Below, piece by piece: positions 61,752 through 64,000 of a stretch of 64,000 nt of DNA. Source of the stretch: Heterodontus francisci (Eukaryota); NCBI RefSeq assembly GCF_036365525.1, contig NC_090385.1, positions 63,434,170-63,498,169 on the forward strand, written 5' to 3'. The notes under the pieces were generated by a model, which saw only the letters and a list, made by a program, of their open reading frames with translations, had not been told where the DNA came from and did no database searches. Numbering within the stretch: position 1 is the first letter of the stretch; each line of letters begins with the position of its first letter. Both the position numbers and the translations under genes were made by a program.

Positions 61752-64000
61752 TAGATGAGTTGGTTTTAATTTTTCAAAATTCGCTGGATTCTGGAAAGGT
61801 TCCATCAGACTGGAAAATAGCAAATATAACCCCTCTATTCAAGAAGTGGGGGAGGTAGAAAACAGGTAACTATAGGCCAGTTAGCTTGATTTCTGTCGTG
61901 GGGAAGGTGTTAGAATCGTTCGTAAAGAAGGTTATAGCTGGGCACTTAGAAAAATTCGACGAAATAAGGAATAGTCAGCATGGCTTTGTGAAAGGGAAAT
62001 TGTGTTTAACCAATTTATTGGAGTTCTTTGAAGGAGTGACATGTGCCGTGGATAAAGGGGAGCCTATTGACGTTCTGTACTTGGATTTCCAGAAGTCATT
62101 TGACAAGGTGCCACATAAAAAGTTATTGCATAAAGTAGGAGCTCATGGTGTTGTGGGTAACCTATTAGCATGCATTGAAGATTGGATGGCTAGCTGGCAG
62201 AAAACAGAGAGTATGCATAAATGGATCCTTCTCTGATTGGCAAGATGTGACGAGTGGAGTCCCGCAGGGGTCTGGGCCGGGGCCTCAACTTTTTGCAATT
62301 TATATCAATGACTTAGATGAGGGGAGCGATGGCATGGTAGCTAAATTTGCAAATGATACAAAGATAGGTAGGAAGGTATGTTATGAAGAGGACATAAGGT
62401 TGCAGACTGATGTAGATCGGTTGAGTGAGTGGGCAAAAATCTGGCAGATGGAGTATAATGTGGGAAAATGTGAAGTTGTTCACTTTGGCAGGAAGAATAA
62501 AAAAGAGTATTGCGAAAATGGAGAACAACTGCAGAACTCAGGTGCAGAGGGATCTAGGTATTCTAGTGCATGAGTCACAAAAGGTTAGTGTGCAGGTACA
62601 GCAAATAATAAAGAAGGCTAATGGAATGCTATCCTTTATTACGAGAGGAATTAAAAATAAAAGTAAGAATGTTATGCTTCAGTTGTGCAAGCATTGGTGA
62701 GACCACATCTCGAAAACTATGCAGTTTTGGTCTCCTTATTTAAGAAAGGATGTGAATGCGTTGAAGGCAGTTCAGAGGAGGTTTACTGGATTGATACTTG
62801 GAATGAGCAGGTTGTCTTGTGAGGAAAGGCTGGACAGACTATTTGTTTTCACTGGAGTTTAGAAGAGTGAGGGGAGACTTGATTGAAGTATATAAGATCC
62901 TGAATGGGTCTTGAAAAGTGGATGTGGAAACGATGTTTCCTCTTGTGGGGGAGTCCAGAACTAGGGGGCACTGTTTTAAAATTAGGAGTTGCCATTTTAG
63001 GACAGAGATGAGGAGAAATTTTTTCTCTTGGTATTGTGCAACTTTGGAACACTCTGCCTCAGAAGGTGGTGGAGGCGAGGTCATTGAATAATTTTAGGGT
63101 GTGGGTAGATAGATTCTTGTTAGACAAGGGAATTAAAGGTTATCGGGGGTAGATAGGATTGTGGAATTCGAGACACAAAAGATCAGCCATGATCTTATTG
63201 AATGGCAGAGCAGGCTAGAGGGGCCAAATGGACTACTTCTGCTCCTAATCCTTATGTCCGTGTGTATGTTCGAATGTATACTGACAGCTAATGTCCCAGA
63301 TTTCTCCATCACCATCCCTGGGTACGTCCTGTTCCACCGGCAATACAGACCCACCAGAGATGGCGGCACCATGGTATACAGTTGGGAGGGAGTTTCCCTA
63401 GGAGTTCTCAAAATTCACTCCGGATGCTATGAAGTCTCATGGCAGCAGGTCAAATATGGGCAAGGAAATCTCCTGCTGATTGCCACCTATCGCCCTGCCT
63501 CAACTGATGAATTAGTACCCCTCCATGTTGAATACCAAGTAGAAGAAGCACTGAGGGTAACAAGGGCACAGAATGTACTCTGGGTGAGGGATTTCAATGC
63601 CCATCACCTAGATTGGTGCAGTAGCATCACTACTGACTGAGTTCTGAAGGACATATCTGTCAGACGGGACCTGCTGCAGGTTGCGAGAGAAGCAACAAGA
63701 GGGGAAAAATGTATTTGACGTCACCCTTACGAATCTACCTGTCGCTGATGCATCTGTCCATGACAGTATTGGTAGGAGTGACCACCACACAATCTTAGTG
63801 GGGACCAAGTCCTGTGTTCGCACAGAGGATACCATCCATCTTGCTGTGTGGCACTACCACCGTGCTAAATGGGATAGAACAGATCTAGCAGCTCAAAACA
63901 GGACATCCGCGAGGCGTTGTGGGCCATCAGCATCAGCAGAATTGTATTCAACCACAATCTAACCTCATGGCTGGCATATCCCCCACTCTACCATTACCTT

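Larger units (their letters stand above)
57016..63270 (+). mobile_element. CR1 3' part split by a younger CR1 (57016..57362 plus 61752..63270)
   Basis: GPDGLHSRVLKEVANEVVD continues after 61758; SQHGFVKG; KFAND. Confidence 0.88.
51495..64000 (+). mobile_element. tRNA-headed LINE in four pieces (about 51495-51667, 53764-53845, 56749-57015, 63272-64000+)
   Basis: The first pieces are collinear with the SINE at 4672-4970; the third runs into an APE N-terminus (KVLLTIILGLVLKLGELSHRLVNQHTDIVILTKS) that resumes ITIPGYVL..YRP..RDFN..GRSDH. Confidence 0.75.

Noticed and set aside
1-64000. Prokaryote-style novel operon, defence system or CRISPR array
   Set aside because: Spliced vertebrate gene plus eukaryotic transposons; no repeat-spacer array or operon structure.

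Overview
Vertebrate nuclear DNA, very probably a cartilaginous fish (shark/ray), inferred from HE1-type V-SINEs, SacSINE1-type DeuSINEs and a CR1-dominated repeat landscape. The only host gene I can find is on the + strand: nine consecutive coding exons (equivalent to exons 2-10, 963 nt, 321 codons, all GT-AG) of a phosphorylase kinase alpha regulatory subunit, more PHKA1-like than PHKA2-like. Exon 1 and exons 11+ were not found in the window. The introns are filled with often nested transposons: many CR1 LINEs (one full-length copy with intact ORF1 and a single nonsense codon in ORF2), a second CR1-group LINE family, RTE, L2, Penelope-like elements with hammerhead motifs, solo LTRs, a PIF/Harbinger element, hAT and Harbinger MITEs, a Helitron helicase fragment and several SINE families. 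Two observations stand out. (1) Correctly phased -1 slippery sequences (G_GGU_UUA / U_UUA_AAC) lie directly before the ORF1 stop at the CR1 ORF1/ORF2 junctions, with ORF2 in the -1 frame and an AUG in only one of four copies, suggesting programmed frameshifting. (2) After removing nested insertions, a LINE appears whose 5' end is a tRNA-like Pol III head running straight into an endonuclease ORF with no ORF1, and whose short derivative looks like an ordinary SINE. All calls were made by eye without database searches, so novelty is unverified and degraded repeat boundaries are approximate.
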